The position numbers and the translations under genes were made by a program. From assembly GCA_029717555.1 (NCBI GenBank), contig JAMDHS010000121.1:1-51354 (forward strand): a stretch of DNA of 51,354 nt. The letters are read 5' to 3'. Position 1 is the first letter of the stretch. Every line of letters starts with the position of its first letter. The DNA is from Peribolospora baueri. Taxonomy: Eukaryota. Under the pieces are notes generated by a model. It was not told where the DNA came from and searched no databases. It worked only from the letters and a program-made list of their open reading frames with translations. Positions 12,392-26,853 of this stretch are shown here, in pieces.

Positions 12392-13621
12392 TCAGACGCC
12401 GTCCTTGATATGAAGCACACCATTCTTGAACTTGCCGACGCCCATGCCGATGCCCCTGAGCCTCTTCTCCTTCTTCTTCTTGCCGCTGCCCGCATAGAGG
12501 TGCTTAAGGGAAGGATCATACATCCCCTTGTCTTTGGCCTCCTGTAGCTCATACCGGTTCCTCTCCCCCTTCTTGGCCTGCATTCCTACTTGCATCCTCC
12601 GTGGCATCTTAGCCACCTCCTTCTGCTTCACCGTCTCAGATCCCCATCCCCGGCCGATCGCCATACCGGATCGCTGCGCGTGCGTAGTGGACAGCTCGGC
12701 GATTCTGGCCAGTGTTTCAGCGGTGGAGCGGTTCTTCTTCGGCCTGTCCGAACTGGACGCCGCGCCAGATGTGAAGAGCGGGTCTGTGGCGAGCAGTTGT
12801 GAGAGCAGCCGGTCGTTCGCAATGTTTTGCCTGGCGCGAAAACGTCATGACAACCAAAGCTTAGCTATATCCTAAAATCGGAGGTCACGAAAACCCTTCT
12901 CACTTTTCGAGGGCCTTTTCCTCGTCATCCATATCCGAGTCGTCGTCTACAGCTTGTATTTCGTCGCCGGCCTTGGAAACTTGAGCGACTTTGGAAGACT
13001 GAGAACGCAAGTAAATGGCACATGAAAGGGTCAGCTTTAAGTGCAAAGGGCAAGTACTCATGGGATCCAACACACCATGAACGCCTTCCACGCCGCTTTG
13101 GACCCTATGGTATCCTGAGATGCGCTTGAGGACGTCTGACCGAAGACGATCGTCTCCGGCACTCTTCGTGACGACGAAGCAGGCGGAGCACCTTCATGAG
13201 AGACTGGAGATAAAGTTGGTGTCGAAGGTTTGAGTGGTCATGTTATTGTTGTCTTATTTTCCGGTTGCCGATGACTTTGTACTCGTAACCACTACCCACC
13301 ATTTCTAGCCACCTTCTCCTTCCCTTTCCCTTTTCCTTCGTCGTCGCTCTTCTCCTTCCCCATCCCCTGCGCCTTTATGCTCTTCTTCTCCTTACTCTTC
13401 ACCTCAGCCACCTGTCCCTCCTCAGGTTTTGAAGGCCTTATGACTGGCGTATCGAACTGCGCCAGGAACTGTTGACCAAACGACTCAAGCTTCCGCAGCC
13501 TTGCGCCCCGCCCCTCCGTGCGATCCGCATCACCAGAAACATCGCGTGACTTTGTCTTGCGCTGAGTATGGTGTCCTGGAGAGGTATCGGGAGCAGCCTT
13601 CCTTTTGAGAGTGGCCATCAT
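12392..13621 (-). CDS. FAF1: Faf1-like 40S ribosome biogenesis factor (DUF4602-type)
   Basis: Basic, K-rich protein with FLAQF, PETIVF, KAFM|SSK, KMPRRMQVGM, and C-terminal RGIGMGVGKFKNGVLHI. Confidence 0.75.
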
Positions 13622-13831
13622 TGCGGTGTGTGCTGTTCGAAGTTGACCGACCGAGTGGAGTAGGGCGGGAAGCCAAAACCTGCGGTACGAAGATTGAAGT
13701 GAGCGCACGTGGACGGCACGTGGAAGGTGGGAAGGTTGGCACGCTGGCGCCACTTTCCTTGGCTCAAGCTTGTATGCACGCTTTCAACATTGAGCTGAGC
13801 TGTATCTACACACGTTGACAATCTCCCTGAC

Positions 13832-14660
13832 ATGGCCAACGATGCATTCTCCCGTGGCGGGGGAAAAGCAGGCTCTCCGGCGATGATGGGCGAGAAGCTG
13901 CGTAACAAGCTTTATGTGGCCTTCTTCGCTGCTCATATCGCTGCGACGTAAGTGTCGGATCGAAGAGAATATACGGCGAAAGGGGCTTGATTGACGCCGG
14001 ATTATCTCCTGTCCAAACTTCCTATCGTCAGCATCTTGGTTGACATGCAAGTGCTCTATCCGGTCGACTTCGTCCCAGCTCCGCTCAGGGCGGTAAAGGA
14101 CATGTGGGTGGCCATGTCAAACGACTTCGTCATGGCGGGCGTGCCCTACGCCCTGGGCCCCGCTCGCCCTGTCCACCTGGCTTGGATCCACTCTTTCATC
14201 ACCCTCGAGGCGCTCTTTCAGCTGCCAATGTTTTTTTTGGGCATCTGGGGTCTGATTCGAGGTGAGCAAAGTGATGGGAGACGGGAAGAGGACCTCGGGC
14301 TTGCAGTCGGTGGTTGTCGCAGCTCTCGATGCAGAGATCACCTCAGTTGACAACAAACCTTGCCTTTTTTCTTTGTACCGCCCCGGGATAGACCATAAGG
14401 GCATCTACTTGCCCCTGATTATCTATGGTGCCTCAACAGCTACGACCGTCCTCCCTTGTCTTTGCACCATTTGGTCGCTCTACCGCAACCCGTTGGGCAC
14501 GCCACAAACGACCATCACCGACTCCCAGCTGGCCATGCTGTTTGGCGCCTTTGGACCATTCCTCGTGATTCCTCTGATTCTTGCCATCGACCTTTCTTTC
14601 CGCTGCTGGAGGACGATGAACGCGGGTTTGGAGGCGGAGGAAAAGGCGAAGAGCAAGTGA
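13832..14660 (+). CDS. EXPERA-domain membrane protein (TMEM97/sigma-2 receptor-like)
   Basis: LYVAFFAAHIAAT|ILVDMQVLYP, WIHSFITLEALFQLPMF, LIIYGASTATTVLPCL, PFLVIPLILAIDL; four TM helices and a K-rich ER-retrieval-like C-terminus (KAKSK). Confidence 0.85.
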
Positions 14661-14810
14661 CGAAAGAAGGGGACATAATGGGCCGACCCATATACCCAAT
14701 ATTCAAATCTGTGTCATCTCACGACGTAGTAGAATGGACGGGCTAACAGTCTAGGGATGTGCTTAATTAAACAAAGAAAGAAGGCGAGGACACCTGTCCC
14801 ACCAGCGAAT

Positions 14811-17728
<2,918 letters not shown>

Positions 17729-18447
17729 TTCTTGGGACGTGTACCAAGGCTCGAGTAGAAGAGGGTCGAGGTGGAGAGAGCGAAGGCGCTGCTGCCGGAC
17801 GGAGAAGAAGAACAAGAGAGGCTGGCGGATGTCTTCTGTCCAAAGAGGCACCACCGCGGTCCGGTCTTTTATGCTCGCCTGAATTGCGAGTACGCGCCGG
17901 CGGTCATGCGGGGAACAGCGACCCGGTGTCCAGGCGGAGCCCCGACTTCTCCAAGCAAAGAACAGCCCACCACGGCCAGGTCGAGCAACGTGAGAGTGAC
18001 GGCCCCAAGGCAGCTTGAGCCCCACCGGACTGGAAGGAAGCCAGCCGCATACCCGTTACCTGCTCCCGAGCCCGCTCCTCCTACGCCAGTGTTCTCCGAT
18101 ACCGAGACCGGAGATCGGGCAGCCGCTCCGACTTTTTGGGCGCCGTTTCCGGGCCAAGCCATCGTCGCACCACGCCTTCCATGGAAGCCGGCACAATCAT
18201 TCTACCCGAGCGAATCCCACGTGCTGCGCCCGCACCGAACCCGCCGCGACGGGGTCAAGCGGCGCGCGTGTGCGACGATTCGGTGAACATGTGCGCCGTA
18301 TGGATTCCACTTGCACTTGCCGCGACCTCGTGACGAGACGTGATTACGGATTACGTCGGCAGCCCACGCCGCCGTTTGCGCGTGCCTGACAAACGCACAC
18401 TGCTCGCGGCTGCGTTCCGACTTTCTCCCCAAGCATTTAACATGATA

Positions 18448-19136
18448 CAGTCAAACTTGTCTGTTAGCATATGGGTCCATAGGCACACCTTCGCATAGCG
18501 CATAGCGATCTCGCTTTCCCGCTTGTCCCCATCCAAAAATTGACTAATCCCAGCCAAAACACTGGTCTGTATGCATACTAAACATACCCGCATATTGCAA
18601 GCACTGACACCGGTGCCCTCCTTACCAGGTATGCACCCTCGGCATGCATACATGGGTTGAGGGGCCGTGCATCATCGTGGCGTGGAGATTGGCAGCGACG
18701 AGCACCGTGGTTACGCGGCTGAAAGCGGATATGGCTATGTGGGCAACTGTGTTACTGCGGTTTTCCTCTTTGTATGCTCTCATTAACAATAACGAACCAG
18801 TAACATACACTTTCGTCCATCCACCGTCAGTTCTAACATTACTACACGTGGGTGCTTGTCCGCGTTTCACCATCTCTTTCAAAGAACATGTCAACGAGCA
18901 GCGTAAACAAACCGATCTTCGACAATTCTTTTCTGCACACGCTTCTTCTTGAACATGGTTGTGTTATGACGAGTACATACTCTACAGTAAAGCTTGGAAT
19001 TCATGTCTTGATGGACCCTATCGACTGTGGCAACGAGTGCGGCAACTCTGCATAGACCACTCTGTATAGTCACCCTTTCGCATACTGCATAGCCCTCGGG
19101 CAATACAACCTATATGCTTATAGACAAGTTTGACTG
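18448..19136. mobile_element. Non-autonomous Tc1/mariner (pogo-like) DNA transposon / MITE, 689 bp
   Basis: 29-bp TIRs at 18448-18476 (CAGTCAAACTTGTCTGTTAGCATATGGGT) and 19108-19136 (reverse complement CAGTCAAACTTGTCTATAAGCATATAGGT), 26/29 identical. TA flanks both ends (18446-18447, 19137-19138). The interior is more AT-rich than the flanks and has no transposase ORF. Confidence 0.88.
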
Positions 19137-20141
19137 TACATAATGGGCCCTGAACCGGCCTCGTCCGTGACGCAACCACGCCAGCGAGCAAGCAAGGGCA
19201 ACGGCTCTCTCGCCGGCGTCGAGCACCCCGTGTCTCCGCTGGCTGGGACGACGAGTTTCGAGATAAGCATAGGCCTAGCAGGCCCGCCCTATCCTACCCT
19301 CGCCGCCCCCATCCGTCGCATGCCCACAACCTCTCGCACACCGAATCTCGGCATAGAAATAGCAGACGCGCCTTGCCCCTCTCGGCTCTTTCGACAGAGT
19401 CGCCATAAGTGAACTGGTGACGTGTTCCTCCATCTGCGCATGTATAGACAGACAGCCGTGTGTGATCAGTGCATGCCGACAGAGGCATGAGGATGACGTC
19501 TAGGGGGCTTCCGATGGAGATGAGCGGCGATGCGCGGGGGCTCGACCCGGTTGACGACGACCTTCCGTGGTTATTGCTGGCCGGTCACTCATCATCGTCA
19601 CCATCTCATCTCCTCCCCCCTTATCTGCCCTCCCGTCCGCTCTCTCTCTCTTTATCTCTCTCTTGTCAGCTCTCTCACCATCGCCCCCGCCCTCTCGCTT
19701 CCTAGGAAGGAGAGGAGACATTCGCTTGCCACATTCTCGCGCGACCGTCTCGAGTCGCAAGGACAGACTCGCTCGACCCCGCTTAGGGGTTTGGGGCGCC
19801 TCTCTCCCTTACACGCGCAACTTCTTCCTTCTTCGCGCCTTTTCCGACGGCGCCGGCAAGCGACACTTGCACGACCAACCGTCCTTTCCCTCGACGGCCG
19901 ACAACACGGCGGTCACCTCCAGACGCCCCACCACCACCCATTCCCATCCATCCTCCGCGTTCACTCCCGCTCTCCCCGGCCGCGCGCGCTGTTCGCGACC
20001 TGCCCTCCCCTTCTTGCTACACATTGATAGCCCCACCTTGCCTTCGAAGCGACCGTCAGCTTCCGCCCGCTCTTTGGGAACCCCTTGCTGGCACGACTAC
20101 CGGCCAAGCCGACCACAATCAGCCCCGCAGCGCTGCCCTCC

Positions 20142-23100
20142 ATGCTCCAATCCGAGGCGCCTATTAGCATCGTCCGCAAGGCCGCCAACGGCGACCACCA
20201 GATTCGCGTGACCGACGACTCTACCAACGAGCTCTACGACCTTCACATTTCCAACGGATCTCCCTTCACAGCTCCGCTCAACCAACAACAGCAGCACCAG
20301 CTGCACGACGAGGAGGACCAGCGACGCCAGCAGGACGGCTCCGACCCAAGTCGGCTTTCCGCCCACCGCACCTCGTCTTCCTCGGGCCCCCGCGTGCTCA
20401 GACTGCCCCAGATCTTGGGCTTGCGCAACATCGGTCCCGTGTCGAGCCCGAACGCGTTCGCTGACGGCGGAAGGGTGAGGCAAGAGCTGCCGCCCTCTCC
20501 GCCGCCGGAGCCCTCTCCGCCCACCAAGGACGTGGAGGAGGGAAGCGCCGAGATGCTCGACGACCGCCCCGATTTGTCTCCTCAGGCGAAGCACGCCTCC
20601 AGTTACTTCGACGGCCCTCATTCTTCTTCCCCTTCCAAACACCCCAACGGACTGGACAGCGCCGGCGATGTGGACGGGAGGCAGAGCGCCGACGGCGCTT
20701 CTCCTTCCCCGCCAGGCCCCCCCTTGCACGGCCGACGCCCATCCTCTGCCTCTTCTTCTTCTCACGGCCGCTCTTCGTGGGCGACGTCGACACCCATAGC
20801 GAATCAGAAAAGCGCCGCATCAGCGACGGCTGGCAGTGTGACGGGCTCAAGCGTCCACTCCGAGTTTGTTGACGTCGCTCGTAGAGGGACGCCGCCGACC
20901 GTGGCCGTAACGAATGCGGAACCGGCTGGCAACTACTTGCATCCCAACAGCGCCGCCGGGCTCCGACCCGTATCCAGCGGCGGAGGCGCGAGCGTCCTAT
21001 CTGCCGGCGCTACCGCCACGGTAGACGGGACAGCGCCCGTTACGACGTCTGCGTCGAAGCAGCAGTTGCCCGGCAGGAGAAACACGACGGGCTCGGCGGC
21101 CGCACCCAAACGTGTCCGCATCCCGCAACGCCATTCTTCTCAGCACGCCGTCTCGGGTCTCCAATCTCGCGCGCCCGCTACGGGCGGCAGTTCAGTCGGC
21201 GGTGCGGGCGCGCCCTTGGCCGACACGGGCGACCCGGCTTTCGAGGACGATGTGGCGAAGCAGGCCGAGGAGATCCGTCGGCAGAGGGTGAAGAAGCGCG
21301 AGAAGGCTGCGCTCGAGCAGGAGGCGGCGGGACAGATGGCGATGGAGGATGGGTATGTAAGCGAAGAGGGCGGTGTGCGCACGAGGAGCCGGAGCGTGCG
21401 CAGGCACGGGTATGGCGGGGAGGGCGACGTGCCAAAAGTGATCAAGGGTAACTTGATCAGCGAGGGACACGCCAACTATGTGCTCATGTACAACATGCTT
21501 ACGGGCATTCGCATCGGCGTGAGTAGACGAGTCCCTGACTTCTATCGTCTTCGATGAATGTGTTTGGGCTGAGCCTGCTTTCGCTGTTGGGTTCTCCTTG
21601 TCGACAGGTCTCTCGATGTCAGGCCAAGATCAAGAGGCCCCTCACCGACGCTGATTATCAAGCTCGCCACAAGTTCACTTTCGACATGTGAGCCGCCAGT
21701 TTCCTGAACGTCCCGCGTTGTGAAGCGAAAGAGCTTGACCTGACGTCCTCGTTTCCTATGTACGTACGCACGCCAGCGTCGGCAACGAGTTGACGCCGTC
21801 GGCCAAGTACGACTTCAAGTTTAAGGACTACGCGCCCTGGGTGTTCCGTGAACTGCGCGAGTACTTCCACCTCGACCCCGCCGACTACCTCCTCTCCCTC
21901 ACCGCAAAGTATATCCTCTCCGAACTCGGCTCGCCGGGCAAGTCGGGCAGCTTCTTCTACTTTAGTCGCGATTACCGCTTCATCATTAAGACGATCCGGC
22001 ACAGCGAACACAAGTTCCTGCGTTCCATCCTCAAGGACTATCACGAGCACGTCAAGCAGAACCCGCACACGCTTCTCTCTCGTTTCTACGGCCTCCACAG
22101 GGTGAAGCTCCCGCGTGGGAGAAAGATCCACTTCGTGATCATGAACAACCTCTTCCCGCCTCACCGTGACCTCCACGAGACGTACGATCTCAAGGGCTCG
22201 GCACAGGGGCGAGAGTATCCGGAGGAGGAGGCAAAGAATAAGCCGGGCGCGGTGCTCAAAGACTTGAACTGGGTTAAGCGGCGACGGACGCTCGAGCTCG
22301 GCCCGGAAAAGAGGGTCGTTTTCGAGGAGCAGCTCAAGAGGGACGCCGAGCTGCTCAAGCGGCTCAACATCATGGACTATAGCCTGCTCGTTGGTTTGCA
22401 CGACGTCCAAAGGGGTAACAAGGAGAACTTGAGACAGGACCGGCTTACGGTGTTCCAGGTGAGCCGGTGATTCCTCGTCGCTTCTTTCGCTCGTCTGTCT
22501 GTTCACGAGCGGTGCGCACAATTGCTGACCCTCCTCTGTCCGTCGCGAATCACTCAGCCCGAAACTACACCTCGCCGGAAGCCGACCCAGGTGACGAGGC
22601 ACATCGACCCGACCGCCTCTATCGTGCGCGGTGCGCTCAGTCGGACGGACCCCAAGTCGCTCTCCAGCGCCACGACCAAGCTGCCAGACCGCGATTCGTC
22701 GGAGCGACGGCACTTCATCTTCTACCAGGACGAGGGAGGGTTCCGCGCCACGGACGAGTACAACCACCCCGGAAGTACGATTTATTATCTGGGCATCATC
22801 GACATCCTCACCCCTTATACGTCGGTCAAGAGAGCCGAGCACTTTTGGAAGGGGATGAGTCATGATCGGGTGAGTTGAATAGAGCTTGACGTGTTCTGAT
22901 GGAGCCTACCGAGCCGTCGCGGAGGAGTCCAACTTACGTCCTTCTTCATCCTCTCGCGGGACACCTGCACAGCACACCATCTCAGCCGTCCCGCCGTTAG
23001 AATACGGCGACCGATTCGTAAACTTCCTCCGCTCCATCATCCGCGGTGGCGACAAGTCTTCTAGGCCCAAGGGCCTCGAAGACCCGGCGCCGGGCGAGGA

Positions 23101-23473
23101 GACGATCGTGCAACCAGCCCAGGGCGCCTCTGTCGAGATGGGTGCCGTGGCTTCCGGGGCTGGCTTCGGCGCGGCTGTCGGCGCGGCCGTGGGAGTGCCG
23201 AAGGCGTCGATGGGGGCGATCGAAGACGGATCTATGGCCGTGCCGCTAGCGCCGGCGGAGGTCGAGAAGCGGGAGGGGGCCACGACCATCGCAGAAGAGC
23301 GTTCTCCTTTGAGCTCGCCGTCCTCCGCGCCCGCTCCCGTCGCCGCCTCGCAGGATGGCGGCCCTAGCGCGAACGGGCCCGTGGCTGCTCCGGAGCCTGA
23401 CTCGTTGGTCAAGGAGACCGACGGCGTGACTCCTGTTGTGGACGGCGAGGCGGTGGCGCAGAAGGTGGAGTGA
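20142..23473 (+). CDS. MSS4: Phosphatidylinositol-4-phosphate 5-kinase
   Basis: [88 protein letters not shown]; long disordered N-terminus. Confidence 0.96.
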
Positions 23474-24947
23474 TGATGTTGCCATTTTCAGCGCACCACA
23501 CACTAGAGCGCAGACATGATTAGACGAACGACCTTGTCTGTCCGTCAGTCTTTTTTTCTTATCCTTGCCTTTATTTCCAGCGCGTGTTTCCGCGGGGGGT
23601 GGGGGGGGGGGTACGTTACTTGCCATCATTTATTTCATCCTTTCTTTTTACCGGTTCTTCCCCTCTCCCCGTCTTCACACGGACTGTCACCTTCAATTGT
23701 ACGCTGTGAGCCTTCATTCATTTCTCTTTGCGCATCTTCACGCTCGTCGCTACGCCCCTCCTCCACCCTGGGCCTTTGCCGAGCCGAGCCTCCCACGTTC
23801 TCTCTTCTCTCTTCATTCCGGTCTTCGGTTAGTCTTGCCATCCTTTTTCTTCTAGTCCCGTCCTTCTCTCCTGGCAAATCCCCGCCTCCCTGCGTCAGCT
23901 CTCCATGATGGCCAGGCTCCTCACGCTCGTTACACCATCCTTTCGCCATCGTGTACTACATTTTCTTTCCAGAGCTAGCGCTAGCTTTTTCCGCTTGCCT
24001 TTGTTCCGGTGAACCATTCGAACCTCTTCGTTCCCCTACGTCCTCCTTCGGACAAGCTCGCTCGCCTCTCCGCTCCCCTGGCCGTCGTCGAATCGAACGG
24101 CGGGCGAGGAAAAACGGGGTTTTGGCTGCGGAGCGCGTAGGCAGAAATTTCAGACGATGGTGTAGTGAGTGGGGCGGGTAAAAGCCACGACCGAGGTGGT
24201 CCGTGCGCCGATCGGCGCTTCCGGGTGGGCGAATGGGGAGAGGAACGACGACGACGACGGACAAGGATGCGCACAAGCTCCTCGCGTACCTCGGGAGAGA
24301 TGGTAGTTTTCTTTCTCTTCGAGATGGGAACGCTCTTCGACCCGTTCCAAGTCGCTCTTTCAAGGAAGCGCGCTCCCTTCTGTCTGGGCGGGGTGGATGG
24401 AGAAGAGTCGGGGGGCGATCGAGAAGGAGGAGAAGAGGAAAGGAAGAGGAGACAAAGGCTGGGAAAGAAAAGACAGAGAAGGCGGATGGTTGGGCTAGCC
24501 GAAGAACGAACTCGTCTTCCCGGACCGCCTTGGAATTATCTTCCTTACCTATGGCGTTGGTTCTAACGACCCGCCTCGTCCGCCGGCCCAGCCGTGCAGT
24601 TCGTGGAAGAGATGGACGGGAGAAACGAACGAACGTGCTCGTGCTCGGATAATCTCCTTGTCCCCTCCGTCCGTCCGTCGGGCCCGGTCTGCGAACGGGG
24701 CCGCCGTCTTGTTCGTTGGTCAACGTGCGGAGGAGAACAGGACGGGAGTAAACGTGCGTGCGTCGCTACGGAAATCTGAAAAGGAAAATAAATAAAAAAA
24801 AGGCCGTCTTTCGAGCTGGCTAAGCTCGTTCCCGGCCGGCTGCTCAGGAAAGGGAGCACGATGGACGGAGGGAGGGAGGGGAGGGAGGGAGGGAACGCTT
24901 AATAAGAGACGACAGACAGCGCTTTTCGTCCAGCTCGCTCGTTCCAG

Positions 24948-24975
24948 ACACACACACGCACACACACACACACAC
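24948..24975. repeat. (CA)n microsatellite, interrupted
   Basis: Seen directly. Confidence 0.9.
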
Positions 24976-25668
24976 GCGGACACACGGTCCGCCGGAAGGA
25001 TCGGCGTGGGCGAGGGAGAGACGAGTTTCTTCCTGGATTAGACGAGCTGGCGAGTTGGGCGCAGGCGCAGGCGCAGGCGGTTGCACGGCGGCGAGGACGT
25101 CGGTCTACTTGGCAGGGGCCATGCTATGTATCAATGTATCTATGTATTATCTATCTGGGATGGAGTGGATTTGGAGGCGGTGGCGAGTGCGGGGGCGAAG
25201 AAAGAAGAACGGCGGGCCCCTGCTACGCTATCCGCTACCCTATAGAACCACTCTCTAGGGCGACGTGTGCGACCGCCAGACCGAGACGGAGAGCCGGTCC
25301 GCGGGCCGTGCCGTGCCAATGACGTTTTCCCCGTGACCTGACCTGACCTGACTCGCCGGTACAAACGGGGGCGCCCAATATGCGACTGCTGCGGCGGCTG
25401 GGCCTTGCCCTCGCCCTAGCCCTCCCATGCACACGCGCACGTGCCCCGTCGGGTGGTACGCCGCAGCCGCTTCATCTCGGTGGGCGGCATTTCAAACGGA
25501 CAAAGAGCGAGGATAAGACGAGGGTATAATAAATAAAGCAAGGTTAATGCGAGGGCGACTCATGGCTTTTTACGAGCGCCGGCGCAAGTCCGCCGACGAA
25601 CGAATGAACGACCCAACCAAACCGAACGAGCCGCCGAGCCTGCCCGCGCTGGCCGTCGTCGCCGTTGC

Positions 25669-25845
25669 TCGCCGTCGCTCTCGCTCTCGCTATCGCAGTT
25701 GCAGTCGCAGTCGCAGTCGCAGTCGCCTACGCAGTCGCCTACGCAGTCGCCCTCGCTTTCGCCCTCGCCTACGCTTGCCCTCCGCCGTGTCGTAGCCGTA
25801 GCCGTTGTCGCCGTAGCCAGCGCTGGCCTCGCCTCGCCTCGCCTC
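25669..25845. repeat. Compound hexamer/pentamer microsatellite ((GTCGCA)n, (CGTAGC)n, (CCTCG)n)
   Basis: Seen directly; generates the spurious RS/QS/AV-repeat ORFs in the track. Confidence 0.85.
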
Positions 25846-26853
25846 GTTCCTTCCCTTCTTCTCTCCCATTCCCTCCCTGTAACTCCCTGTCCCTCGCTCG
25901 TCTTCCCTTTCCCCTCCTCACTCTCCTCCAAACACGGTCAGGGACCCTCCCTTGGCAACGGAACGATCCCCCCTCCGTCCGTCCCTCCCCCCCTCTCCAC
26001 TCGCTCTCCCCGCCCGTTGCCCTCCGCGCGAGCTTGCGCCCGGGCCGGCCGGACGGCAAGGCAAGGCAAGCTGGGCGGACAGGACACGACACCGCTGCGG
26101 GCTTGCTTGCATCTGAGCGGACGAAAGCAAGCAAGTGTGACCACTCGGCTATCTCGTGCGTCGTCGCCGTCGTCGTCGTCGTCGTCGTAATCGCCTCGCC
26201 TCGCCTCGCCTCAGCTCAGGTCAGCTCAGGCCAGGTCAGATCAAGTCAAGTCAGGGCAGGTCAAGTCACGTCGGACAGATCAGACACAACACACACATCT
26301 ATCGATCTATCGACCTGCTCAGCTCCGGTCCCTCCGCCGGCCGCTCCTTCCTTCCTTCCTTCTCGCCTCGCCCACCCGACCCAGTCGTCGTCCCCACCGA
26401 CCTCGACTCTACTCTTCCACTCACATCGCCCCATCGCACTTCATCCTCCTCCTTCCTTCTCGCCGCGCCTCGCCGCGCCCCACCTTCTCTCCTTTCCTCG
26501 CCCCTCCATCGACCTACCACTTTGGTGAGCTCCATCCACCTTGGCCCACTCCTTTCTCCACCCGTACCCCTGCCTTTCCTTTCGGCCCCGCCCACTCGCT
26601 TCGTCCCAGTCGTCGCTCACCCTCACTCTCTCTCCAATTCGTCCTTCCCCTCAGCACACTCATCTTGCCGACAGCCCCCGACGCTCCTTTCCCCCCCACC
26701 GCCCATAGACTACACAGCCCTTCCGCGCCGCACCGCCCCTCGCAGTCGCCTCGCCCTCGCCCCTGCTAGACGCTCGTTCGACCGACGACAAAGGCGACGA
26801 CAACGACTTTGACGACGACTTGACAACGCCGCCCCCCGTCCGTACCCGAGGCC

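Noticed and set aside
18622..19103. Short ORFs inside the MITE as transposase remnants
   Set aside because: No recognisable HTH or DDE motifs.
21658..22863. 401-aa minus-strand ORF
   Set aside because: Antisense shadow of MSS4.
25547..26812. ORFs resembling RS-domain, AV-repeat or poly-Arg proteins
   Set aside because: Translations of microsatellites; no RRM or other domain.
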